Part shown: positions 49,785 through 63,398 of the stretch, one piece after another
How positions within the stretch are numbered: position 1 is the first letter of the stretch
Layout: each line of letters begins with the position of its first letter
NCBI RefSeq assembly: GCF_001194135.2
Contig: NC_068982.1
Coordinates: 100,018,027-100,082,026 of the forward strand
Origin: Octopus bimaculoides
Taxonomy: Eukaryota
Length of the DNA stretch: 64,000 nucleotides
Direction: 5' to 3'
Made by a program: the position numbers and the translations under genes
The notes under the pieces: generated by a model
The model's database searches: none
What the model was told of the DNA's origin: nothing
What the model saw: only the letters and a program-made list of their open reading frames with translations

Positions 49785-50038
49785 CTTTGTTATTCCAATT
49801 GCTCCAATGTTTCCTCCATAAGTGCTGGTGCCATGTCCAGCCCCAAAGGCCCCTGCAAGACAACTGGCAAACCCTTCAATCATGATACCACGGTTGACAG
49901 CATGGCTAGGAGGGGGTGGGAGACCACACATTCGAGCACATGCATAATAGTCCCCAATTGAATCAATGATAGACGTCATCGTAGCTATTATAAAACCAAC
50001 AAATGCAGACGCTAGGAAACTAGGTGGACCAAACTGAC
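49785..50038 (-). CDS. SLC23A: SLC23/NAT transporter exon (254 nt) carrying the NAT signature motif
   Basis: Acceptor tttgcag and donor gtaatc. Reads GQFGPPSFLASAFVGFIIATMTSIIDSIGDYYACARMCGLPPPPSHAVNRGIMIEGFASCLAGAFGAGHGTSTYGGNIGAIGITK, with the SIGDYYACAR, PPPP.HA.NRG and NIG..GITK hallmarks. Confidence 0.97.
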
Positions 50039-50454
50039 CTGCAAAGTAAAAAGAAAAAAAAAAAAAGCGTTATCAGCCATTAAATTGACAACACAAATAT
50101 AGATCAATAAACAAGTAATGAATATCCATCGAGTTGAATCAACAAAGAATTTCTAGCAGAGCTAGAAACAGTAGACAAATCTTTCTTGTATCATATTGTA
50201 CTATATTGTCATAATGAAAGGAATAACTTTAGGGAATGTAGTGCTAAATACACTATGACTGAACCTACACACATGCATATACACACAAACACACACACAC
50301 AAGTGCACCTAGAGGTACAGGCATGATTGTGTGGTTGAGAATTTCGCTTTCCAACCACATGGTTTCAGGTTCAATCCCATAGTATGGCACCTTGGATAAA
50401 TCAACAGAAACTGAAAGAAGTATGCTATGTGTGTGTGTGTGTGTGTGTGTGCAC

Positions 50455-50835
50455 GTGCATGTATATATACGGCATGTAAATAGCACCATTTGAGCATGAT
50501 CGTTACCAGCGTCGCCTTACTGGCACGTTAGAAAATCGTTCGAGCGAGGTCATTGCCAGTGCTGCTGGACTGGCTCCTGTGCAGGTGGCATGTGAAAAAC
50601 ACCATTTTGAGCGTGGCTGTTGCCAGTACCGCGTGACTGGCCCTCGTGCCAGTGGCACGTAAAAGCACCCACTACACTCTCGGAGTGGTTGGCGTTAGGA
50701 AGGGCATCCAGCTGTAGAAACTCTGCCATATCAGATTGGAGCCTGGTGCAGCCATCCGGTTCACCAGTCCTCAGTCAAATCGTCCAACCCATGCTAACAT
50801 GGAAAGCAGACGTTAAACGATGATGATGATGATGT
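50455..50835 (+). mobile_element. RTE LINE 3' UTR fragment
   Basis: Same UTR and (GAT)n tail as 38239-38778. Confidence 0.85.
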
Positions 50836-52193
50836 GTATCAGGTCACTTCTGAGCTCTCTCATGAATGCTATTGATAACATGGAATCTAGTACATCCTGT
50901 TGCTTGGTCGAGTTATTGGCAACTAAACTGGCACCCCCACTTGGCTAGCTTGGAGAGAAGGGTTGCTAGAAACCCAGCAGGACTAAAGACCAGACCTGTC
51001 AAAAGGACAGATGAACCTAGTACAGGTTCAACGACTATATAGTAATAGCATGGATACTCAAAAATTCTGGACTGGTGTCTGGCATGCTGGAAGACCACTG
51101 GGAGTAAAGCATCCTTGCTAAAGCATATCTCTAGGAGAAGGTCAATTTGATATAATACTACATATACAGGGAATAGCATTGGAGATTTTGGGGATCTTTT
51201 GGTTGCCCTAGAAATCATGGCACTCCTACATTCCTGAACCTTTGACTGATATTAGCACTAGATATCTTGCTTTGACTCATCTCAGGATCATGTCAATAGG
51301 GTGGAGAGGGTCTATGAGGTGTTGTGCAAGTCTTATTAGACCTAAAATTTTGTACAGGCATTACTTTGTCAATGATGGTCATACTCATCTAACATGCCAA
51401 CAGCCATCATCATACATGTATGTGAGTGTGTGTGTACATTTGTGTCTCTGTCTTGACATAACACAATTGTTGTAAATTGTGCTATGTCAAGTTGTCTTGG
51501 CATAGCACAATAGTTGTAAATTAGTGTAATTCTGCAAAAAACATGTCTGGCCATGGGGTAATATTATCTTGTTTGAAAACAGGTAAGGTTGGTGATAGGA
51601 AGAGCATCTGGTCTTTGAAAAAGTCTCGATAAACTGCATGTAACTCATGCAAGTATTGAGGAGAAGGAGGACAACAAATGAGGATGAGATGACAATGATT
51701 CTTTTCTATACTTCCATGAGCCAGATGGAATTTGGTAGATGGTAGATTTTCCATGGTTGGATGCTCTTCTTGTTAACCAAGCAAGGAAATATTTTCTTAC
51801 AGCTGCATATATTTCCATGGAAGACTGGAAACGAAGAACACTGTTTGTGTAGTGGTGATGGTTATTTGTAATGATCACATGATATCAAGAAAAGGACACA
51901 CAAACACACATGCGCATATAATCACCATCATCATCATTTAACACCAGCTGGCATGAGTTGGATGGCTTTTTCAGTTTCTTTCTACCAGATATAATCACAA
52001 AGTTTTGATCAACCTGGGACTATAGTAGAAGACATTTGCTCAATGTACCACATAATGGGACTGAAAATGAAACCATGTGGTTAAGAAGTAAACCTATTAA
52101 CAACACAGCCATCTCTGCACACACACACATACACATATACACACACACATAAACATGCATCCATTTTTTTAAAAACAAATTATCATTTTTCCA

Positions 52194-52590
52194 TGCCAGT
52201 GTAACGTTAGAAGCACCATTTTAGCGTGATTGTTGCCAGAGCAGCTGACTGGCTCCCGTGTTGGTGGCACATAAAAAAAGCACCATTCAAGCATGGTCAT
52301 TGCCAGTGCCGTTGGACTGGCTCCTGTGCAGGTGGCACGTAAAAAGCACCATTTGAGCGTGGCTGATGCCAGTACCGCCTGACTGGCCCTTGTGCCGGTG
52401 GCACATAAAAGCACCCACTACACTCTCGGAGTGGTTGGCATTAGGAAGGGGCATCCAGCTGTAGAAACTTTACCAGATCAGATTGGAGACTGGTGCAGCC
52501 TTCTGGCTCGTTGGCCCTCAGTCAAACCATCCAGCTCATGCCAGCAGGGAAAGCGGATGTTAAAAGATGATGATGATGATGATGATGACA
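52194..52590 (+). mobile_element. RTE LINE 3' UTR fragment
   Basis: Same UTR repeats and (GAT)n tail. Confidence 0.82.
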
Positions 52591-53102
52591 GCAGTGGGGT
52601 ATGAGATATTTGTTCTTTTTAGAATCAGAAATGAGGGGGCCAAACTGTTAACATGCTAGGTACACTCAAGATAAATTATGGGATATCTCCAAATAAGTGT
52701 AATATCATTCTCAATATTACTGCAGCTAGGGTATTCCTCTCCTGATTGTAAGGGTTGTGTGTTCGATTCCTTGTGACATGTTGTGTCCTTGAGCAAGGCA
52801 CTTTATTTTATGTTGCTCCAGTCCTTTCAGCTGGCAAAAATGAGTTGTGCTTGTAATTCAAAGGACCAGCCTTGTCACATTCTATGTCACACTGAATCTC
52901 CCTGAGAACTATGTTAAGGGTATGCATGTTTGTGGAGTGCTTAGCCATTTGCATATTTAATTTCACGGGCAAGCTGTTCTGCTGATCGGATCAAATGAAA
53001 CATTCTTCATCATAACCAACAGAATGCCAGTTATTTCACCTGTAAAAAGCATTAAACAAATATATAACATAAGTAAAACAAGAGACAAACAATTATACAT
53101 AC

Positions 53103-53259
53103 CAGGATATGGGAAATAAAACCAGGATGAAGAATGTACTACATGAAATCTGCTGTCTGTCCGAGCAAAGTACTGTGAGTTTTGAGGATTAGCAGACAAA
53201 ACTCCAGCTTTGGTTAAGATGTCACTTAGAATCCAACCAAATATTATGGCAAACAGAAT
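53103..53259 (-). CDS. SLC23A: SLC23/NAT transporter exon (157 nt, phase 0 to 1)
   Basis: Acceptor ttactag and donor gtatgt. Reads ILFAIIFGWILSDILTKAGVLSANPQNSQYFARTDSRFHVVHSSSWFYFPYP, with the ARTD and WF.PYP motifs of SVCTs. Confidence 0.93.
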
Positions 53260-53876
53260 CTAGTAAACAGAGAACAGAATGACGATATTCATAATAACAC
53301 ACTGTATGTAGAAATGTAGATTACAATAATGAAGATAATAATAGTGGTGATGATGAGTTTGGTGGCAGGGAAAACAACATTAGCATAATAATTATCATTT
53401 ATCATTTTATTGATATAATGTGTGTGTGTGTGTGTGTGCGCGTGTGTGTGTGTATGTGCGTGCATGTGTGTGTGTATGTGCGTGTGCATGCGTGTGCTTA
53501 TGCATGTCTGAGTACATGTGTACGTGTGTGTACCCTTGTCTTGACATCACATGTCAGTTGTAAAGAAGTATATTGTCCATTTCTAGTCATCTGTGAAGAA
53601 TGTGTTGCTTGGAAACAAGTAAAGATTGGTAGCTGGAAGAACATCTGGCCATAGAAAATCTACCTCAACAAATTCTGTATGACCCATGCATGCATGGAAA
53701 AATGGACGTTAAATGACGGTGATGATGATGATGATGATGACAATCAGAAAATAAGTGACAAAGAGAAACTAATAGTTAAACTAAACTCAGCAAGGCACCA
53801 CTCACACAGCTGAATGAAGTAGTATAGCAAGAGTTAAGTACCTTGAACATACACGAAAACTTAAATGAACACTTAC

Positions 53877-53997
53877 TGCAAACACTTTGTGTAAAGGATA
53901 GTTCATGAGATGACAGTGTTTTTGTTTATTCCAACTGGGTATATAGCAATTTAGCTTATCACAGTATAGACATAAAATTCCAGCAAAAACAGCAGTT
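53877..53997 (-). CDS. SLC23A: SLC23/NAT transporter exon (121 nt, phase 2 to 0)
   Basis: Acceptor tttctag and donor gtaagt. Reads (S)TAVFAGILCLYCDKLNCYIPSWNKQKHCHLMNYPLHKVFA, and its phase exactly bridges the flanking exons. Confidence 0.88.
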
Positions 53998-56284
53998 CTA
54001 GAAATGAGAAATATGTACAGAAAAGATAATTATTTCTAATTTAGGCACAAGGACAGAAATTGGAGGAGAGGTAGGGTGTCAGTGGATTACATAGGGCCCC
54101 AGTACTTGACTACTTTATTTTATCAACCCCCAAAAAATGAAAGGCAAAGAGCTTAAATGAATACTGCAATGCAATTTTTTCTGAAGCTCAAACAATTTTG
54201 CTAATTTACTGCATGTTTGGGGAAAATTATTAGCTAGAGGTGAGAAAATACTTCAGCAGTTTTTATTTTAAGCAAGTTATTTTTAATTTACACTCATTTT
54301 TTTACATGTGGGCAAATAAATACAATAGGCTTACAAACTGTATTCTTATTGTTGATAATGTTTGAATTTGACTGCTAAAATAATTTATGGATGAAAGAAA
54401 CATGCTAAAACACTTTGTAGTTCAATAGCTCAATGTAGCTAGGATTATTTTTTATTTACTCTAAATTAACATATAACGCAGATAGTTTTTGGTTACTTTG
54501 AAGAGAAACAGTGCTAATATTCTTTTTTGGAGTTTCGTAAATGATAGGATGAGATCAGAATAGTAGGGTGAGGTTCATGTAATGTACAAAAAGGAATAAC
54601 ATTTTCTGCTATAAAGAAAAATAATTTCTAATATTTAAGTCAAGGTCCTTTCAGTATACAATCTCCATTTTGTACTGATACATCACCATTATTTTCCTCC
54701 ATCACTTGTGTTTTACTTTGAAGCTGGAATGGTTAATATTTGATTTGTCTGTTGTAGTTTAATATTTGTAAGAAATGCAAATAATAAACTACAACAGAGT
54801 GGGAACTTCCAAAACAATGCAGTATGTAAATGAAGCAGGGTTTTGGCAAAATGTAACTGGGAATGGCATAAATTTAATATTATGGAGGGTAAAAAGGACA
54901 ATTTTAAAATTGAAAGAAGATACTCAGGAATGTAATAGGATGTTGACAGGTACCTTGTTCACACTTCATATTTTCTTAACAAGCTCACTGGCTAATTGTG
55001 ACACTAGCACCTATTTTGACACTCTGTTTCTATATATCACTTGTGGGGAGATAAGTCACTGCTATCTTTAGCAGTCGAGCACCTATCATTGATGAAACCA
55101 AGGAAGGTTGAAATCAGGTGATCTGGTGGTCTCGGCACTGAAGATGGCAGGGATTTGTCTTCCCACTAGTGATATAAACAAATGTGCATTTTGTACCAAA
55201 TGCCAAGTTTCTGTCATGGCATCTACCGCAGTACAGTTTGTTCTAACAGAATGTCCACATTTAAGTGAGGATAAATATTATATCTTTATTTTTGAAGATG
55301 ACCAAGACTCCACTTCTTATACTGCAACAACAGAGGATGCAGCCATGCAGGCAACCAAAGATTCACAACTACTTTTGTTTATACAACAACTTCTAATGAA
55401 ACTAAGGAAATGGTGACTGCACAAGATGACCAGCCTCACTCCCTCATCCCTGCTGTCAAGACAGCTAGGCCTATATTAGGGATGCAGAGGAATGACCATG
55501 CTGAGTTGTGTGTCTTACCATGCTCTGAGCGATGCATACCACAGTGGCATTGCTGGATATTGCCCTTTGGCCTGTTGACAGTTGGGTTTACTCCATGCAA
55601 TCTGCCAAAAACTCCAGTCTTCACATGCATCATAAACATACACATATATATAAATGAAGACAGATGAACAACAATGATAATGAACGATGAGGTTTCATAT
55701 ATTCGCAATATTTATTTCTAAACATAGAAGGGTCAAATAAATGGATTAAGTTGATTACATCAACCTCAGTGCGTAACTGGTACTTATTTAATCAACCCCG
55801 AGAGGATGAAAGGCAAAATCGACCTTGGTGGAATTTGAACTCAGAACATAATGGCAGAGCATGCTAACGTTTCTGTCAGCTCACCGCCTTAATATATTCA
55901 CAATACTGGAGTCCTACCACTTCAAAGGCAATCCTCAGCAAGGCTAAGTAAGAGTCCCTTTCATCCAACGTTGTTTCTGTTTATTCAGTAACCACTTTAC
56001 AGAGTGCACTGGGTTCATTTTGCTATGGCATCAGAACTAGAAAGACTGTGATCCTACTATACTTCTCATTCTGTTTTCTTTCCTACTGACTACAACTTAA
56101 GTCTTTGAAGTCTCTTGATAAGAGGATTTACTTTCAAGTTAAGATTACTTCTTTCAGTAAATTATCTATGAGAACTAAGTCATCAGTATTTAGGAATTCC
56201 CAAGAACAGCTGATCTTAAACTCCTCTATTATGGCCCTGCAAGCTAAATTCCTCACTGAAATTGTTAATCTTCAATTTACTGGC

Positions 56285-57330
56285 AATCTCTCTGTACATG
56301 AATTGCATAACTCTCACAAGCCATTCATCTATCTTTAATTTATTTTAGTGACCACCAAACTATAGAGCATACAAACCTGTGAAAAGCTTTCTTCTGCTCA
56401 AACAAAAACTAGTTTCAGGGTGAACTTATACTTGGTTATGTGCAACTTTTGTAGTTAACTGACTAAAGAGACAGTTGTGGTGGTGGTGGTGGTGGTATTT
56501 TAATTCTCTTCCTAAATGGCTCACTACAATTCTTTCAGTAACTTTCCTAACTTAGTCCATCAATTTAATAACTGTAATTTCAGTCCGTTGAGTATTTTCT
56601 TTGCTCTTGTAGCAATTGATGATGATACTACACTGCCAGTCATTAGGTGCAACACTTCCTTGTACTATCTGCATCACTGAGTGATTAGTATATGACCTTG
56701 ACAATCCTTTTTAGTCTAGCTTAACTGTACCTTCATATTTTTAAAGGTGCTTTCAAGCACACAATTGTCATTAATGATTGATCCCTACAAAGTGCACCCA
56801 TACATTCTTCTCATTCAAAATTTCTCACTTGTTTCTATGACTCTTCAGTGTCACTGAGGGTAAGTGCTTCTTTATCATTCAATACATGCCACTCCCAAAT
56901 GACATCTCAGTTCTCTCAAGTACAATGTCTTTCAAACCATGCCTTTGAACCTCACATCACAGAACATATATAATCTACTTTCTTTTGGTTTCTTCCTAAC
57001 TAACTATACCTGGCTTCTAGCTTCTCTTCTAGCTATATGATAGTGTTGTTTGCTTCCCCCTTATTTCCAGTATTTCCAGATTTGTCTCTACAGTCTTATG
57101 GCTCTATCTTTGAATATTTGTTTCTATTGAGATGATACCTATTTTTATACAAAGCACTTTACTGACAACGGTTCTGTACATGAGTTGCATAACTCTCACC
57201 AGCCATACATCTATTCCAAATTTCTTTTAGTGACCACCAAACTACAGAGCAAAGAAACCTGTGAAAGGCCCTTATCAGTTCAAACAAAAACTAGGTAGGG
57301 CGTGAGCTTACACCTGGTTACATATAAAAA
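56285..57330 (-). mobile_element. Degenerate RTE reverse-transcriptase fragments (one sub-segment present twice)
   Basis: Remnants IKLMD*VRKVTERIV and AFHRFLCSVVWWSL/LGIDVWLVRVMQLMY. About 150 bp at 56290-56440 is similar to 57174-57325. Confidence 0.72.
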
Positions 57331-58282
57331 TAGGATAGTTTTACAAATATCTCAAGCAAGAATAATTCAACTCTTACTCCTCATATATATATATATATAT
57401 ATATATANNNNNNNNNNNNNNNNNNNNNNNNNNNNNNNNNNNNNNNNNNNNNNNNNNNNNNNNNNNNNNNNNNNNNNNNNNNNNNNNNNNNNNNNNNNNN
57501 NNNNNNNNNNNNNNNNNNNNNNNNNNNNNNNNNNNNNNNNNNNNNNNNNNNNNNNNNNNNNNNNNNNNNNNNNNNNNNNNNNNNNNNNNNNNNNNNNNNN
57601 NNNNNNNNNNNNNNNNNNNNNNNNNNNNNNNNNNNNNNNNNNNNNNNNNNNNNNNNNNNNNNNNNNNNNNNNNNNNNNNNNNNNNNNNNNNNNNNNNNNN
57701 NNNNNNNNNNNNNNNNNNNNNNNNNNNNNNNNNNNNNNNNNNNNNNNNNNNNNNNNNNNNNNNNNNGAGAGAGAGAGAGAGAGAGAGTACATTTTGAAGA
57801 ATGCATTTCCTTTTCTTATTAATGATGGATTTTACTGAATTCTTAGACAGGCATAAAGTTAATTTTCACAAAGAAGGAATATATTCAACTGAAATAATCT
57901 ACTATATTCCTGCTACTTATTTCAATGTCCTCTGAGAGAGTGAAAGGTAATGTAGATCCTAGCAGGAATTGAACTCATAACTAGACTAAATGCGCTGCAT
58001 TTAGTTTGACACGTTACTCTCTTGGATTTGTACAAGAACATGAAGATGATAAGATTTCTTATATAGGTACAGCTATAAGAAATGAATCAGAGAAATGAGT
58101 TATAATGCTCATGCTTTTTTTCAAGAGTATGAGTCAAGCAATTTTATTCAAGATTTGAAACTACATTAATAAGCTTGGCTTACCAAGAATTATGGCCATG
58201 ATATAACAGCCAGGTAATATGTAAGTAAAGACGTTTCGAATAACTTTGACATAGAAATACTTAAATGTTGCTTGATACTTAC

Positions 58283-58464
58283 GATAATGCAATACCCCAA
58301 TGTGATTCGGAGAATTTTGTAGCTACTTTAAAGAGAACCATACCAACAAGACACATTGCTGGAATTATAGTGACTGGTCCAATGAACTTCATCATTACTC
58401 CTACAATACCTGTAGCACCTATAAGGAAGTGAACAATACCAGCCAACATCAAACTTCCTTCAAG
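58283..58464 (-). CDS. SLC23A: SLC23/NAT-family transporter, first exon visible in the window (182 nt, phase 0 to 2)
   Basis: Acceptor ttccag and donor gtaagt. Translates LEGSLMLAGIVHFLIGATGIVGVMMKFIGPVTIIPAMCLVGMVLFKVATKFSESHWGIAL, matching the SVCT segment containing IGPLTI...HWGIA. Confidence 0.93.
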
Positions 58465-60489
58465 CTGGAATGAGAAGAAAAAGGAGATTAAGAAAAATGG
58501 AGAGTATGAAAATATGTACAGTTAGGAGTGATAGAGATGATGGCAATTATATAAAGGAGAAATAGTATCAGAAAAATGTTAGATGTTTTGAAGAATGCTT
58601 AAGGTAATGAGTTATAACATAAAATTAGAATCGTATACTATGTTGCAATGAAGTTGTATGTGAGGAAGCAAGCCACTAATTCAAGAAAATAAGGGTATTT
58701 ACATGAAATAATAGGTTAATGGTGGTATGCTTGCTATGAGCTGGATTGGAAACAAGAATAGAATTAGTGTGAATACCTTAGAGCTGGAGGAGAGACTAAA
58801 ATATTAGGCAGAGCAATTTCATCAAGAATGAAAGAAAATATTCTTATTCTTTCATAAATAATTCCACTCAGTAGTACATTAGTTTCTACTTCACTTCACA
58901 ACACACCAACATACAGCACCTCAGCAAAACTATGTTAAAGCATAGCACAAAAGTAATGTGTTTAATAAAATGACTTTTATACTAAACTATAACAGAAACT
59001 TTGCTAATATGTAGTGCAATGGCTTTCCTTTCGTAAATGTTTTTTACAGTAAAAGAATATAATATGTAAGCTGTCACTATCATGATCATCACCATTCTAA
59101 CATCTGCTTGCGCAAGTCAGACAGAATTTGTTGATGCCAATTTTCTATGGCTGGATACCCTTCTTGTTGCCAGCCCTCACTTAGTATTAGTTGTGAATGT
59201 AAAATGTAAATAGTACATGTTAAATTTAAAATAGAGAGCCATTCTTATTAAGAAATTAGAGCAGGAATATGCATCAAAGAAATCAAGTTATGTTTGGCAA
59301 AAGATCACAACACTCAACTGGAGAGATAGAAAGCAGGTAGAAAAAAACAGGGATCAAGAACGGGGAGGTCAGTACCCTTTTGATACCAAACCATCTGAGA
59401 ATGCCTCTGGTACTATGATCCAAACTTCTTGTGTTAATATGATTTAAATGAAAATTGTCCATCAAAATTTCATGTTAATTTCTTCCAAATATCAGCTTAA
59501 TGAGGACAAAATAATTGAAAATTTTCTTTGATATTTTCAAAATTAAATGAAACAAAGGCAATGTATTTCAAAAGAATATGGTAGCAAAAGGATTGATTGG
59601 TTTTTCAGTAAAAGAAATTATTAACATGGAAGAATTTTTTCATGTTTTGTTTGACTGGCAGCTGCAGATATTTTGATGAATCCCTTGAGAGAGTTTTTTT
59701 TTATAAGTGAATGGCTGCATGTGGAATATATAGAAGAGAAGAAAAGAATGAAATAGAATGATTTCTTTTAAACTTTTGGAAGTCTAATCTCTGAATGATC
59801 AGATGTGAATGATATTCTATACCATCAATAGTCAGCATAGGATTGACCATGATTAATTGGCTGTCTTTAACAACAAGAATGTATGAGGTAAGGGCTGAGG
59901 GTTCATTTATAAACACAATGAAAATATATTATGAACAGACAAAAGGAAAATAATCCTATAAAATCCAAATAACAATATCACTTCATCGCAAATGCTTTCG
60001 ATTATAAGTGAGAACTGACCAGTTGCTAATTGTGGGCAATTTCTTTCAGATATCGAATACTGTTTGTATGCAGTCAATTGTAGAGATTATATAAGTGGAT
60101 AGTTTCAGAACTTAACTGTTTTGCTTTTCAAGGAAGTGGAAATAGCTAACAGAATTAGCTGATTTGCATGTCAGCTATTTCAAGTGACTTACAATATAAA
60201 ACAATATTCACTGATAAGTTTAAACTGAAATTTCAACAAAAATGCAAAGCTTAAAAGATTCTATGGGTAAAAAGGTCTTCCAATATGCATAAATTATCCT
60301 GTAAAATTTTGTAATCCTACGAAACCAGCTGGAGAGCTAATGAGTTCTCAAAAAAAAAAAAAAGCTTACAAGTTTGAAAATAACACTTCATGAATAATGA
60401 TGTAATTTGAAGAGAAACTGCTACAGCCAGTCACTATTTCATCTATCCAATACTATCCCCTCAACTTATATTACCATCACTAATGCTAT

Positions 60490-60660
60490 CCTCACTAGTT
60501 ACACTCTCAATTCTGTACATTAATGATCTACTTGCTATCACTTCTGATAACATGCACTGCTATATAGCTGATATTACCCTTCATTTCTTCTGCACAAAGC
60601 TTAAACACCTCTAGCCAGAAATACACAGCCTCCAGGAACCTTGAAAACACCTTTAATAGG
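60490..60660 (+). mobile_element. CR1/L2-like reverse-transcriptase remnant
   Basis: LSILYINDLLAITSDNMHCYIADITLH resembles LF.L.INDL.......YADD.TL. Confidence 0.55.
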
Positions 60661-61699
60661 GAGACATACCAACCTAATAACTTTAAAGAACCTAAAGATT
60701 CAACCATTAGGGGTATATAAGATTGAGTCTTGCATGTTGTCCTCTCTAATCATTACAAAACTATAGACATCAAAAGAAGGCTAGAGATTCAATTACCAAT
60801 ATGCTTTAACCATAAGATTACAAACACACTGTTTTTTTACCTCACGCTCTTCTATGAATATGACAATGGTCTTGATCCTCTGGCCTAAATGGTAAATGTT
60901 CCCTTATCAGGTCCACTCCTGTAATACATCTTCTCATCTACCCCCTACCATGTCTCACTTTCCAGACTTCACACAATCCAATCCTTTCTACTCAAAGCTC
61001 TAAAATTCCCTTCTTATCCATATTTTCTCAACTGATGTTCATACTGAACACCAGTGATGCCAGAGCAGTTTCAGAGGGCACACACAAAGTGATCAGATTA
61101 GAACATGTGACCTACTCCAAAACTAGACACTTGAAACAGTTTTGTATGGTATTTATGTTTGTAATGTCATTATTTAACTTGATATATTGGCTTCACTTGA
61201 CTGTTTTACAGTAGAAATCACAAAGCCATTGACAAATTTTTATCTTATACAAATTTCTTAAAATTTATTTGCTCAACATTCTTAGACAAAATTGAATGAT
61301 TTATATTTCAAATGCAATGGTAAAACATCTGAAAATCATGTTATCTTTCTAAAAATTTTTGAAAATATATCAAGGTCATAAAAAAATTTCTCCTTGTTGA
61401 TCAGATTAAAATCATAGTCATTTTGTTAAACATAATATTAACTTAAATTATCTGTTATAGTTCACACATCTTAATATTCTTTGGAAAGTAGGTAAAGTTA
61501 AAAGTTTCAAAACATAATAATTTATTAGCCATATCATTCCAGAGTATGAAAGAACCACTGTGAACCAAAGAGAAAGTTCTTCCTACTTAGAAATAAGGGG
61601 AAAAAATCTCGACAGTGTTGTTGTTAATATTCCTTTAGCCAATTATCTACAAATAACTCTAGTCTTGTTTAATAAGCACCTTTATTATATCTCATGCTG

Positions 61700-62464
61700 C
61701 AAAGCAGAAGACTTGGAGACACCACTAAGAAAGGCTGCTCAAGAGAATGAATAGAAGAAGGAGAATCAACCAAATGTTGACCCAACAGAGGGATTAGCTA
61801 TCTGAATTGACAGTACCCTGGTAGATATCGCAACTAAGGGTATGAAGACAGGGAAAGCCCCCAGCCCATCAGGAATCACTGCTTAACATATCTGGTGGTG
61901 TAAGTTATAGCCTAACCACCCTTATAGTTAACCAGGTAATACACAAAGGAGTCATACGCAATGACTGGTGTAGTAGCACCATAGTCAACTGCCACCTTAG
62001 ATAAAAGTAATTAAGGTTATCTGGGAAGATAGTTTTTGTATGTGGCAGATACACAAGTGCAATAAACACCGAAGATGTACAGAAAACAGATTCCATCACC
62101 TGCCAGAAGTAGTTGATAGCTTCCATTACCTAGATGACCACATCAGTAGCAGGGGTGAATGCTCTGACAGTGTAACTGCTAAAATAAGAATAGTCTGGCC
62201 AAGTTCAGAGAGCTCCTCCCTCTGTTGGTAACAAAGGGCCTCCCACTCAGAGTGAAAGGTAGACTGTATGATGCTTGTATGCGAACAGCCATGTTACACG
62301 GCAGTGAAACATGGGCTGCGACTGCTGAGGACATGTGTAGGCTTGAAAGAAATGAAACTAGTATGTTTCACTGGATGTGTAATGTTAGTGTGCATACACG
62401 ACAGTCTAAGTGCCCTGAGAGAAAAGTTGGACGTAAGAAGCATCAGTTGTGGTGAGCAAGAAAC
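61700..62464 (+). mobile_element. RTE LINE remnant with the RT core deleted
   Basis: PNVDPTEG...MKTGKAP.PSGIT...STIVNC jumps directly to RLSGKIVFVCGR...GLPLRVKGRLYDACMRTAMLHGSETWA. Confidence 0.88.
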
Positions 62465-62495
<31 letters not shown>

Positions 62496-63398
62496 TATAT
62501 ATGTATGCATTTATATAAATACCAGAGTGCACATACCAAATGCAAATCAAGGTGGAAAAAATAGTAGAGGAATACCAGGTATTTTTGCTGGTTTTTAATA
62601 AAGTATACATATATCTATATATATATATATATAAGCAATGTTAATTCTCTAAATGAAGTATTAACAGTAACTGCACGATAAAGTGTAGTATATTGCCACT
62701 NNNNNNNNNNNNNNNNNNNNNNNNNNNNNNNNNNNNNNNNNNNNNNNNNNNNNNNNNNNNNNNNNNNNNNNNNNNNNNNNNNNNNNNNNNNNNNNNNNNN
62801 NNNNNNNNNNNNNNNNNNNNNNNNNNNNNNNNNNNNNNNNNNNNNNNNNNNNNNNNNNNNNNNNNNNNNNNNNNNNNNNNNNNNNNNNNNNNNNNNNNNN
62901 NNNNNNNNNNNNNNNNNNNNNNNNNNNNNNNNNNNNNNNNNNNNNNNNNNNNNNNNNNNNNNNNNNNNNNNNNNNNNNNNNNNNNNNNNNNNNNNNNNNN
63001 NNNNNNNNNNNNNNNNNNNNNNNNNNNNNNNNNNNNNNNNNNNNNNNNNNNNNNNNNNNNNNNNNNNNNNNNNNNNNNNNNNNNNNNNNNNNNNNNNNNN
63101 NNNNNNNNNNNNNNNNNNNNNNNNNNNNNNNNNNNNNNNNNNNNNNNNNNNNNNNNNNNNNNNNNNNNNNNNNNNNNNNNNNNNNNNNNNNNNNNNNNNN
63201 NNNNNNNNNNNNNNNNNNNNNNNNNNNNNNNNNNNNNNNNNNNNNNNNNNNNNNNNNNNNNNNNNNNNNNNNNNNNNNNNNNNNNNNNNNNNNNNNNNNN
63301 NNNNNNNNNNNNNNNNNNNNNNNNNNNNNNNNNNNNNNNNNNNNNNNNNNNNNNNNNNNNNNNNNNNNNNNNNNNNNNNNNNNNNNNNNNNNNNNNNG

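Noticed and set aside
55108-55416. 102-aa ORF containing CAFCTKC
   Set aside because: No recognisable domain or splice context. It is possibly transposon debris inside an SLC23 intron.
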